This document shows, one piece after another, positions 18,451 through 26,630 of a stretch of DNA of 62,877 nt. The notes beneath the pieces are model-generated. The model saw only the letters and a list, made by a program, of their open reading frames with translations. It made no database searches and was not told the DNA's origin. The position numbers and the translations under genes are program-made. The DNA is from an uncultured Candidatus Saccharibacteria bacterium (lineage in GTDB: Bacteria; Patescibacteriota; Minisyncoccia; Phycocordibacterales; CSBR16-119): contig CAZZCB010000003.1 in the NCBI GenBank assembly GCA_964652835.1, positions 1 to 62,877 of the forward strand, read 5' to 3'. Numbering within the stretch: the first letter of the stretch is position 1; every line of letters starts with the position of its first letter.

Positions 18451-19641
18451 TTATCTTTTTGTGGAAGCGGATTTTCGTGGTGGCGGAACTTTTATTTCTT
18501 GACCTTCTTTTACCATAAACGGAGGTTTAATTTTATTTACCTCTACTAGAAGCTCCCAATGAACTTTGTTTTTTCTGGCGATGCCTTCGATTGTGTCTCC
18601 GGACTCGACGGTATAATCTGTCCATTTTTTAATCCACTTTTGTTTCTTTTTGTTTAATCTCCAAATTGCAAAAACAAAGATAGCTATAAACAAAATAGTT
18701 ATCTCTATAATTAACCCAAAAATAGTTGGAGCAGAGAAGAACCAAATAGTGTCTGATTTTACCTTTGTTAGTTTCTCTCCAGAAGATACACCGATGCTCG
18801 CATTTTTATCTGAATCGTATGAGAAAACCGCTTTTGCAAAATAAAGTCCACCCCAGAAAGGTCTCTTGAGCTCAAAGTTAAAATCATAAACTTCGTCACG
18901 AAGAACAGGGAACTCTCCACCGAAAGTTTTATGAGGTAATCCAAAGAAATATTTAACTTTTACTTCTGCTGTTGTGTCCACCGAAACGTTTCCAGTGTTT
19001 TTAACAGAAGGCATAAGGTAAATAGATTTATTTTTATTTTCTACTTTGAAATTTAAGAATTCTATTTTTCTTGAAATTTTACCAGGCACACTTACAGCCA
19101 CACGTATTCCACTTCGAAGACTAAGCGAAACTCCGGTGTCGCTAGCGTTTTGCTTAATCTCTTGGATAAGAACACATCCGTTATGTTCTCCGACAGATGC
19201 ATCTACAGGGACGTTTATATTAAAAGGAATAACAACCTCAGATCCCTCGGGTATTGTTATCTGTATTGTGTTTGCTTTCTCTCCTGGTTTGATGTTTGCA
19301 ATATCTTCTTCAAGATTTGAAATATCAAAAGTAATCCATTGTCCGACGCCAGTAGGTTCCTCTGAGAGTTGTTTACAAGCAAAGCCTCCGCCAGAAGATC
19401 TGACAGAGTCTCTGGCGTAAAGTAATAAGTTTTTAGATTCACCGGTGCTGTTTATAACTTTTACACCTTCACTTTTTAGTTCGCCTGGATTTATCGTTTG
19501 AACAAAGATAGAGTCTGTTCGAGGGTTTTCAGCTCTTGGGTATGCTGGCTTTATACCGAAATTAGCAGCCAAAATAATGCTTGGGAAAAAAAACACACTT
19601 AAAATAAAGAGGGTGAAGATTCCTTGAAAAGATTTTTTCAT
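18451..19641 (-). CDS. DUF916/DUF3324-like (CscA-like) surface protein with TM anchor and C-terminal LysM
   Basis: Signal peptide; FGIKPAYPRAENPRTDSIFVQTINPGE..VKVINSTGESKNLLLYARD; second beta domain; TM IFGLIIEITILFIAIFVFAIW + RLNKKKQK; LysM YTVESGDTIEGIARKNKVHWELLVEVNKI. Confidence 0.7.
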   Translation of the reverse strand: MKKSFQGIFTLFILSVFFFPSIILAANFGIKPAYPRAENPRTDSIFVQTINPGELKSEGVKVINSTGESKNLLLYARDSVRSSGGGFACKQLSEEPTGVGQWITFDISNLEEDIANIKPGEKANTIQITIPEGSEVVIPFNINVPVDASVGEHNGCVLIQEIKQNASDTGVSLSLRSGIRVAVSVPGKISRKIEFLNFKVENKNKSIYLMPSVKNTGNVSVDTTAEVKVKYFFGLPHKTFGGEFPVLRDEVYDFNFELKRPFWGGLYFAKAVFSYDSDKNASIGVSSGEKLTKVKSDTIWFFSAPTIFGLIIEITILFIAIFVFAIWRLNKKKQKWIKKWTDYTVESGDTIEGIARKNKVHWELLVEVNKIKPPFMVKEGQEIKVPPPRKSASTKR

Positions 19642-19669
19642 ATGAGGATTATAGCAAAAAATCTTAATC

Positions 19670-20371
19670 CTAAGAAGCTACGATAGAGAGGGTCATGTTT
19701 ATGTCGTAGTCAGAGGCTGCCGGTTGTTCCGCAGGGATTGTTTGAGAAATATCAATATCTCTAACATACCAGTCTCCAATATCGTCTGCACCTGATGCCG
19801 CAGTAACTAGGGTTATGGAGTCTGTAACACCTTCTTCGAATGAGTCTGATGCTCCAAGTGTTACTCCTGTCGTGTCACAAGTAGCGCAAGCCCCAGCAGA
19901 AAGAGTTGCCCCAGAAGGGTCGACTGTCATTTGTCCGGCAACAGTGTCAGTGTCACCACTGTCCGCACATCCAGCTGTTGTTGGGTCGTTAAAGTCAAAG
20001 TCTGTTCCCGCTGAATCCCAAACAGCAGTAGTTGCTGATCCAGCTAAAGAAACTGTAAATCCGTTGTCTGCCGCGTCAGGGTTTACAATATAGATTTGTT
20101 GAGACGCTGTTCCAAAAGTTCCAGTAGATGTCTGGCAAGAAAAGCTAAAAGCTGTCGATCCTAGAGTCACAGAAGGTGATCCGACCGTTACGTATGATGA
20201 ATCTGTAATATCTACTTCTATTGTTCCGGCTGTGATCGTTTGTTGAAAGTTAGACGTGTCTGCTGCTAGAACTAAACTTGTTCCGGAAGCCACGAAAACA
20301 AAAATAAACCCTAAAGCCAGAGTCTTTTTTAAAGAAAATCTTGAAATAATTAAAGTACTTATTTTATCCAT
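19670..20371 (-). CDS. Small secreted WxL-like protein (233 aa)
   Basis: N-terminal signal/TM; whole mature part paralogous to the C-terminus of 13479..16643; ends DIDISQTIPAEQPAASDYDINMTLSIVAS. Confidence 0.75.
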   Translation of the reverse strand: MDKISTLIISRFSLKKTLALGFIFVFVASGTSLVLAADTSNFQQTITAGTIEVDITDSSYVTVGSPSVTLGSTAFSFSCQTSTGTFGTASQQIYIVNPDAADNGFTVSLAGSATTAVWDSAGTDFDFNDPTTAGCADSGDTDTVAGQMTVDPSGATLSAGACATCDTTGVTLGASDSFEEGVTDSITLVTAASGADDIGDWYVRDIDISQTIPAEQPAASDYDINMTLSIVAS

Positions 20372-20472
20372 ATGTATATAAATTAATGCTTCCTATATAT
20401 TATCACTTTTTTAAATAACACAATAAATGGGCAGCTGTGGAAAGTGTGAATAACTTGGTGTATTATATTAGT

Positions 20473-21582
20473 ATGTTGGAAAAATACACTGCGCCTAAAA
20501 TAGAGAAAATAAAAATATTTTCACAAAAATACAAAATCTATATTATGCCAGTTGTTCTTTTAGTCGGGTTTTTACTTGATTTTATAACGCTTCGTAGAGT
20601 AGATGGAGTTTTCGACAATATAATCATCACCTCTCATTTGTTTTTATCTGGTCTCGCGATAACTCTTTTGTTTTCAAAAGACACTCTTTTGGGTCAAAGG
20701 CTTAAAATCGCCAGGCACGCTCAGAAGATAGAATACGTGATGCTTTTTTCTTTTGGTGCGCTTTTCTCTGGTTCAATAATATTTTTCTCAAAAAGCGCAG
20801 CACTCTCTTCTTCGTGGCCGTTCTTCCTGTTGCTCCTTATCTTAATGCTTGGAACTGAGTTTCAGAAAAAGTATTTCCAGAGACTTATTTTCCAGATTAA
20901 TTTTTACTATATTGCGCTTTTCTCTTATCTGATAGTTTTGATTCCGGTTTTGAAAAGAGATATGGGCCCAGATGTTTTTGTAGCTAGCGGTATTTTGAGT
21001 TTGATTTTGATTTTCGTATTCTTTCTCTTTCTTTCTATTATCGATAGGCAAAAATTACAAATGTATATAAAAAAGATGTCTGTCGGAGTTATTTCTATTT
21101 TTGTATTTTTTAACTTTCTATATTTTACAAATGTGATACCTCCTATTCCACTCTCTTTAAAATTCAGCGGAGTTTACCATTCTGTTTATAGAGTATCTTC
21201 TACTAACTACGTCGGTATGTATGAACCATCACAGTCTTTGTTTTTTTGGAAGAAAAGAAGTAGCACAATTCATCGAGATCAAAATGGTTCAGTCTATGTT
21301 TTCAGTTCGGTTTTTGCTCCGACAAAACTGAATACTAAAATCTATCATCAGTGGCAGTATTTTGATGCAGTAGAAAAAAAGTGGATTGATTCAAGTAAGA
21401 TAGAGCTAAATGTTTCTGGTGGAAGGGAAGAAGGCTTCCGCGGATATTCCCTGAAAAGAAGTTTGCAAAACGGGAAATGGCGAGTGGTGGTTGAAACAGC
21501 GAGAGGCCAAAAGCTAGGTCAGATAAGATTTGAGATTGCTTCAAAAAACGGCGATGTGGTTTTAAAAGAAGAAGTTTTGTAA
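20473..21582 (+). CDS. Polytopic membrane protein with a DUF2914-like C-terminal domain
   Basis: About 7 hydrophobic segments, then a soluble tail ending GKWRVVVETARGQKLGQIRFEI. ORF open from 20437. Confidence 0.6.
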   Translation: MLEKYTAPKIEKIKIFSQKYKIYIMPVVLLVGFLLDFITLRRVDGVFDNIIITSHLFLSGLAITLLFSKDTLLGQRLKIARHAQKIEYVMLFSFGALFSGSIIFFSKSAALSSSWPFFLLLLILMLGTEFQKKYFQRLIFQINFYYIALFSYLIVLIPVLKRDMGPDVFVASGILSLILIFVFFLFLSIIDRQKLQMYIKKMSVGVISIFVFFNFLYFTNVIPPIPLSLKFSGVYHSVYRVSSTNYVGMYEPSQSLFFWKKRSSTIHRDQNGSVYVFSSVFAPTKLNTKIYHQWQYFDAVEKKWIDSSKIELNVSGGREEGFRGYSLKRSLQNGKWRVVVETARGQKLGQIRFEIASKNGDVVLKEEVL

Positions 21583-21591
21583 CAAGAAAAG

Positions 21592-21621
21592 AAAAGGCCC
21601 GCGCAAAGCGCGGGCCTTTTC
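21592..21621. terminator. Bidirectional terminator
   Basis: aaaaggcccgcgc-aaa-gcgcgggcctttt. Confidence 0.75.
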
Positions 21622-21634
21622 TTTTCTAATTGAA

Positions 21635-21838
21635 TTAGATTCGGCTAACGTTAACGGCGTTAGGTCCTTTTGGACCTTGTTCCATTTCGAATTGAACCTT
21701 ATCTCCTTCTCGTAGACTGTTGAATTCTACATCAACCAAGCTTGTAGCGTGGAAGAATAGATCCTTTTCTGATGCTTCATCTGGTTTAATAAAACCAAAT
21801 CCTTTATCAGTAACTCTTGCGATTGTACCTGTTTGCAT
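21635..21838 (-). CDS. cspA: Cold-shock protein
   Basis: 67 aa; KGFGFI (RNP1) and DLFFHA (RNP2-like) motifs. Confidence 0.95.
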   Translation of the reverse strand: MQTGTIARVTDKGFGFIKPDEASEKDLFFHATSLVDVEFNSLREGDKVQFEMEQGPKGPNAVNVSRI

Positions 21839-21932
21839 GTTCTATAAGAGAAACTACTTCTAAAATATCAAAATGATTGCTGTATTTGTAAACCCGACTT
21901 CGTTTCTCTTACAGGTCAAATTTGATACCTAT

Positions 21933-21961
21933 ATTAAAGCACCCCTAGGAAATAAAGTCAA
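21933..21961 (-). promoter_or_regulatory. Sigma70-like promoter of csp, leaving an ~85-nt leader
   Basis: On the minus strand TTGACT-N17-TTTAAT (plus-strand agtcaa 21956-21961, attaaa 21933-21938). Confidence 0.45.
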
Positions 21962-22735
21962 TCAAATCAGTAGCACGATTATCAGCACTCCAGCCAGAAT
22001 ACGGTAAACGCCGAAAACTATAAAAGAATGGTTTTGTATAAAGCGTATAAAGAACTTGATGGCAAAGTAGGCAAAGATAAAAGAAAATACAAATCCCAGC
22101 AAAAGCCTCTCTAAATCCCCAGGATAAAAACTCATTTTTGACTGAAGCAGGTCAAAGCCTGTTGCTGCGACTATTGTCGGCACAGCCAAAAGGAAAGAAA
22201 ACTCTACGATATTTTTCCGTGAAATACCTAGACCCATCCCGCCGATTATTGTAGCTCCAGATCTAGAGACTCCAGGAGCTATCGCCAAAGCTTGGATAAG
22301 TCCGATTAAAAAACTTTTTTTGTAACTTATATCTTCAAGCTTTTGTGTATCTTCCTCTATCTTTTTCTTTTGGAAAAATTCAAAAATTATAATTATGATT
22401 CCGCCGATTATCAAAGCGTAGGCTATAGTCTCCAGGCTTTCAAATAAAAAGTCTTTGATAACTCTATAAAGGAGAAATCCGATAATCGCCGTCGGAACAA
22501 AAGCCGTTAAAATTTTTTTAGTTAGATTTAGATTACCTATTACTCTTTTCCAATATATTAAGACGACTGCGAGTATGGCGCCGAGCTGTATCGCCACCAC
22601 AAAAGTTTTAAAAAATTCTGTATCCGGGATGCTTAAAATCTCTCCAGCCACGAGTAAGTGCCCGGTCGAAGAAACCGGCAAGAATTCGGTAAAACCCTCT
22701 ACCATTCCTAAAATAAGTGTATCTAAAAAATTCAT
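21962..22735 (-). CDS. uppP: Undecaprenyl-diphosphate phosphatase
   Basis: GMVEGFTEFLPVSSTGHL start motif; PGVSRSGATI; polytopic. Confidence 0.95.
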   Translation of the reverse strand: MNFLDTLILGMVEGFTEFLPVSSTGHLLVAGEILSIPDTEFFKTFVVAIQLGAILAVVLIYWKRVIGNLNLTKKILTAFVPTAIIGFLLYRVIKDFLFESLETIAYALIIGGIIIIIFEFFQKKKIEEDTQKLEDISYKKSFLIGLIQALAIAPGVSRSGATIIGGMGLGISRKNIVEFSFLLAVPTIVAATGFDLLQSKMSFYPGDLERLLLGFVFSFIFAYFAIKFFIRFIQNHSFIVFGVYRILAGVLIIVLLI

Positions 22736-22750
22736 TTTTTTATTATAACA

Positions 22751-22777
22751 AAAAACCGGGACAAAGCCCGGATTTTT
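22751..22777 (-). terminator. Terminator-like hairpin
   Basis: ccggg-acaaag-cccgg with a T tract on the minus strand. Confidence 0.5.
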
Positions 22778-22778
22778 G

Positions 22779-23366
22779 TTAACTATTTCTAGCTGTTTTT
22801 AAAGCCCGCGCCCACCAAGAAAGTTGTTCTAACATATTTTGCATTGGCTTTTCGTAGTCATCCAGCGCGCCTGATTTCAGCTGACCTTTTTCATCTGTTA
22901 GGTTCCAAGGAGACATAATGTGAACTCCGTTTCTGATTGGCGCCATTTGAAGTTCCACTGCAACCTCGCGAAGCTGTTCAACTGCGCGTGCTCCTCCAGC
23001 GCTTCCGTAAGATAGGAATCCAACTGGTTTGTTGTTCCATTCTACGTAGATAGAGTCGATAGCGTTTTTAATCGCAGAAGAATATCCGTGGTTGTATTCC
23101 GGGCTTATCATAACAAAAGCATCAGAGCCCCTGATTTTATCTGCGAAAGCATTTATTTTTTCATTTCCGTAATCTTTATTTGTGATATAAGCCGGAGAAA
23201 CAGCTGACTCAAAGTTTGGTAGATTTTCTTCTTTTAAATCTATAAAGCTAACTTCAAAGCCTTCCATTTTTTCCGCTACTTCTTTTATCATTTTGGCTGG
23301 CCACTCTCCGAAACGGCCGATTCGGACGCTTCCTAAAATAATAGACAATTTAATTTTTTCGCTCAT
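22779..23366 (-). CDS. NAD(P)H-dependent FMN reductase family oxidoreductase
   Basis: LSIILGSVRIGR ... ISPEYNHGYSSAIKNAID pattern of the FMN_red family. Confidence 0.85.
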   Translation of the reverse strand: MSEKIKLSIILGSVRIGRFGEWPAKMIKEVAEKMEGFEVSFIDLKEENLPNFESAVSPAYITNKDYGNEKINAFADKIRGSDAFVMISPEYNHGYSSAIKNAIDSIYVEWNNKPVGFLSYGSAGGARAVEQLREVAVELQMAPIRNGVHIMSPWNLTDEKGQLKSGALDDYEKPMQNMLEQLSWWARALKTARNS

Positions 23367-23440
23367 ATAGATTTAAGTTAATTTATAATTGGTCTTGTAT
23401 TATATCATATCGAAAAAATAAAAATAAAGGGTTATTTAGC

Positions 23441-24373
23441 TTAATTATTTGTTAGATTATTTCTTTTTTCCATTTCTTCCATAATCTTTTTCTTGTAAAA
23501 AGAAACGGTGTTGTCTAGTGTTTCAGGAGTTATATCTAGAGACTGTTGGTCGGTTAACAAGTTTTTCCAAGGGGCTATTTTGTCGTATTCGTAATGACCA
23601 AAGATTATCACAGGAGTTCCACTGGCTAGCACTGTTTGTTCATTTTTTGATAGTATCCATTGGTCGGCCCAGTTATAGAGCCACTTTGCGTCATCTTCAA
23701 AAAGTCGTACGCAAGAATGACTTGCAGGTTCGCCAGGCATTTCGTATTGGTGCATTCCCGTGCCTTCTATGTTGTCTAGATTAAAATTCCACTTCATTAT
23801 CCATTCGTCATCAAAAGTGCTGATAGCTTCTTTTGCTTTCCAGTTTGTAAAATACAAATAGCTTTCTGTTGGAGTAAGCTTTTTGCCGGTGCTTACGGGA
23901 CCCCATCTGACTAATTCTCCATTTTCATAAACCGCAAAAGCTTGCACTCTCTGAGATATAAGTAAAAGCTTTGGGATTTCTTTTGAGATTTTTAAATCTT
24001 TTGGAAAAGGGGACAAAGACATAAAATCTTTAATATCATAAGATAAAACAAGACTGCTTCCTGGTTTTAGGAATTCACTGTTTATACGATTTAGCTTTAA
24101 AGTATTTTCTAGATCTGCGCCGTCTACGTACTGGCGGAGTTCTTCGAGAGGTGTTTCGGTCGTAAGCGTTAGGGAATAGTAGTTATTTATTTCGGTAACA
24201 TCTTTTTTATTTGACCCTAATATTTTTTCAAATATGTTTTCAGTGGCGACCGTTTCTTCTGGCGTATTTATGCCTTCGGACATTTCGTTTTTCACAGATT
24301 TATTCATCAGAAAAAAGCCTATACAAATAGCAATAATAAAAGTAATTATTATTTTATTTCTATTGGAAATCAC
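23441..24373 (-). CDS. L,D-transpeptidase (YkuD-domain) protein
   Basis: N-terminal TM; catalytic motif GEPASHSCVRL (His..Cys). Confidence 0.85.
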   Translation of the reverse strand: MISNRNKIIITFIIAICIGFFLMNKSVKNEMSEGINTPEETVATENIFEKILGSNKKDVTEINNYYSLTLTTETPLEELRQYVDGADLENTLKLNRINSEFLKPGSSLVLSYDIKDFMSLSPFPKDLKISKEIPKLLLISQRVQAFAVYENGELVRWGPVSTGKKLTPTESYLYFTNWKAKEAISTFDDEWIMKWNFNLDNIEGTGMHQYEMPGEPASHSCVRLFEDDAKWLYNWADQWILSKNEQTVLASGTPVIIFGHYEYDKIAPWKNLLTDQQSLDITPETLDNTVSFYKKKIMEEMEKRNNLTNN

Positions 24374-24404
24374 TTTAAGGTTTGTTTAGATTCTAAAAAC
24401 AAAT

Positions 24405-24557
24405 TTACTTTAATGGGTTTTGTCCGTTTATAAGTCTGATTAAAATCAGAACAATAGCCACAACCAAAAGGATGTGAATAAATCCTCCTAAAACTCCAAA
24501 ACCAATAAATCCAAGAGCCCATAAAATAAGTAGTATAATCGCGATAGTTGTAATCAT
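24405..24557 (-). CDS. Lmo0937-family small membrane protein (50 aa; below the ORF-track cutoff)
   Basis: Own translation: MITTIAIILLILWALGFIGFGVLGGFIHILLVVAIVLILIRLINGQNPLK, matching the ..LW.LGF......G..IH.LLV.A....I.. pattern. Confidence 0.6.
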   Translation of the reverse strand: MITTIAIILLILWALGFIGFGVLGGFIHILLVVAIVLILIRLINGQNPLK

Positions 24558-24779
24558 AAAAAATTTGTTTACTTAGTAATTAATTAACAAACTTGACGAG
24601 ATAAGTTAACCATATTTAAATCATACACTTTATTACATATAATACATAGCTTTTTGTATAGAGCTTTTTTATATCTTTTTGCTAAATGTAGGTATATAAT
24701 ATATAGGTAACTGCTTTATGGTTTTTATAAGCCTTCAAGGCGGACATATTATCAGATAAAATTTATTTTAAATTTATTT

Positions 24780-25025
24780 ATGAATACTAAAACTGCTCTA
24801 ATTATTTTAGGTGTTGCTGTGGCTATAATTGCTATTATCGCAATCACTCGACCAAAAAATAATGAAATGGAAACAGAGCCTCAGATTGATCCAGTAACAG
24901 GAGAAGTTATTTTGGGAACAGGTGGACCAGACGAAACTCCAGCCGCACCAGGAGAGGCGCCAGCTACTCCAGCAGCTCCGGTAAACCCAGATTTTCCAAA
25001 AACTGGATTTAAACCAGCTAAGTAA
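24780..25025 (+). CDS. Small membrane-anchored Pro-rich protein ending in FPKTGFKPAK
   Basis: N-terminal TM ALIILGVAVAIIAIIAI; PA-rich tail; terminator follows. Confidence 0.55.
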   Translation: MNTKTALIILGVAVAIIAIIAITRPKNNEMETEPQIDPVTGEVILGTGGPDETPAAPGEAPATPAAPVNPDFPKTGFKPAK

Positions 25026-25041
25026 AAAGTGAAGAAAATTT

Positions 25042-25074
25042 AAATGCCCCGCAGACAAAGTCCGCGGGGCATTT
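25042..25074. terminator. Bidirectional terminator between convergent genes
   Basis: aaatgccccgc-agacaaagtc-cgcggggcattt. Confidence 0.75.
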
Positions 25075-25078
25075 AAAT

Positions 25079-25654
25079 TTAATAAATCTTTTCCGTAAAA
25101 ACTACAAGTCTTTCACTATGAGTATCTAGCCAGTCGTTCCAGTCTCCGGTGCAAGTAATAAGGTTTAAGCGAACTATCCCATCATCTGCAGAAAATATCT
25201 CTGTCGTGTCGGAATAAATCGGATAGCTTTGTATTTTTGTTACTTTAAAATGGTCCATATTTCCGTAGTTGTTTGTCACGCTTACAGTGTCTCCAATTTG
25301 TATATTTTTTAAATTCGTGAAGACGGCATCTTCGCCGTTTTTCCAGTTTACGTGTCCCGCAAGTACCGAGCTTCCAACTTCTCCAGGCTTTGTCCCTAGG
25401 CTATACCATCCTACATTGTGGCCAAAAGTTGGCACAGCCATCGCTCCATCCAAAATCCCAACAGCTTCAACGGGTGCATTTACTCCGACACTTTCGATTG
25501 ATATTTTTACAGGATATGTTTGTTTTAATTCCTCCGTGACGGTGATAGTTTCTTTTGGTTGGGCCTCTGGATTAGGTTCTTTAGGTACTAAAAAAGCCAA
25601 AGCACAAAGCACAGTAAAGCCAGTAAAAGCGAGAATATTCGGCAACTTTTTCAT
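25079..25654 (-). CDS. Sortase family transpeptidase
   Basis: N-terminal TM; LAGHVNW (His) and LITCTGDW (TLxTC Cys) motifs. Confidence 0.85.
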   Translation of the reverse strand: MKKLPNILAFTGFTVLCALAFLVPKEPNPEAQPKETITVTEELKQTYPVKISIESVGVNAPVEAVGILDGAMAVPTFGHNVGWYSLGTKPGEVGSSVLAGHVNWKNGEDAVFTNLKNIQIGDTVSVTNNYGNMDHFKVTKIQSYPIYSDTTEIFSADDGIVRLNLITCTGDWNDWLDTHSERLVVFTEKIY

Positions 25655-25794
25655 CTGGGTATTATATCAAAAAAGCCTCTATTAGATAGAGACTTTTTTG
25701 TAATGCTCCGAATGTGGGCGGAGGTTCGTGAGGTGGCGAGAGGGGAATAATAACGAAAAATACCCCATAGGATATCCTTTCTTCGATACTTAAT

Positions 25795-26343
25795 CTACTT
25801 ACTCAAATACTCTTTCCAAAAAGCATAATCACGATAAACATTGAAAGCCGTATTATAAAAACCTATCTCACCTTTGTTTAGTGATTCATATTGTTTGGCA
25901 AATATATCTGATATTTTTTCTTCGGAAAGCCACTCGACTCTGAGGTTGTTCTTTTTCTCTTCGTCTGTTCGAGTATCGTTATTATAGAAACTTTTAGCGT
26001 CAGCAGTAAAACAAACAGTTTCGTATTCTTTAGCATCTCGATTTCTTAACTCCTTAACTCTTATCAATTCCTCTATATTTTTAATATCCCAGTTTATTTC
26101 CTCTATTGATTCTCTGTTAATTTCTTCTTCAAGATTTTCAGAATCAGCACCTCCGCCCGGTAGGGTATACAGTCCATGAACATCGTTTGTTATGGCTGCG
26201 ATGTTGCCGTCGTCGTTCCTAATAATTGCCTTAACTGTGGTCCGAGGCTCATACTTTTCAGGACTTGCAAACTCTGGTTTTTGGAAAATTACTTCATCTG
26301 TAATTGTTTCTAGATATTTTTTCATATAATTTAATATTAACAT
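25795..26343 (-). CDS. NUDIX hydrolase
   Basis: Nudix box LPGGGADSENLEEEINRESIEEINW. Confidence 0.85.
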   Translation of the reverse strand: MLILNYMKKYLETITDEVIFQKPEFASPEKYEPRTTVKAIIRNDDGNIAAITNDVHGLYTLPGGGADSENLEEEINRESIEEINWDIKNIEELIRVKELRNRDAKEYETVCFTADAKSFYNNDTRTDEEKKNNLRVEWLSEEKISDIFAKQYESLNKGEIGFYNTAFNVYRDYAFWKEYLSK

Positions 26344-26389
26344 TAAAAGTGCCAGGGATGAACCCTGGCACTTGAACGTGAGCAGTTAG

Positions 26390-26599
26390 TCGATTCGAAA
26401 GTTTATCCTAGAGAATGGCTCCCTCATGCGGACCTCAACAGTCTCCGAGTTTGATCCCACATCCGAAGCGGATATCAGAAACTACGCAAAGCACGTGCTC
26501 AAAAATGGAACAAGGGATGAGAAGCGAGAGTTACTGAGTTGTTTGAGAGGAAGAATTGAGATAAAGGATAAGGAGATATCACTAAAAATTACAACTTAG
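26390..26599 (+). pseudogene. Possible C-terminal remnant of a recombinase-like gene
   Basis: Frame open only from 26390; ..EADIRNYAKHVLKNGTRDEKRELLSCLRGRIEIKDKEISL resembles the C-terminal tails of large serine recombinases (..EKRELL..L...IE....); higher GC; no N-terminal catalytic part. Confidence 0.25.
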
Positions 26600-26630
26600 G
26601 CTAAGGGCTTTAAAATGCTAAAATGGCATT

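Noticed and set aside
25690-25760. GC-rich stretch gtgggcggaggttcgtgaggtggcgagagggg with a GGTTCG T-loop-like motif, considered as a tRNA fragment
   Set aside because: No acceptor, D or anticodon arms can be drawn around it. The evidence is insufficient.
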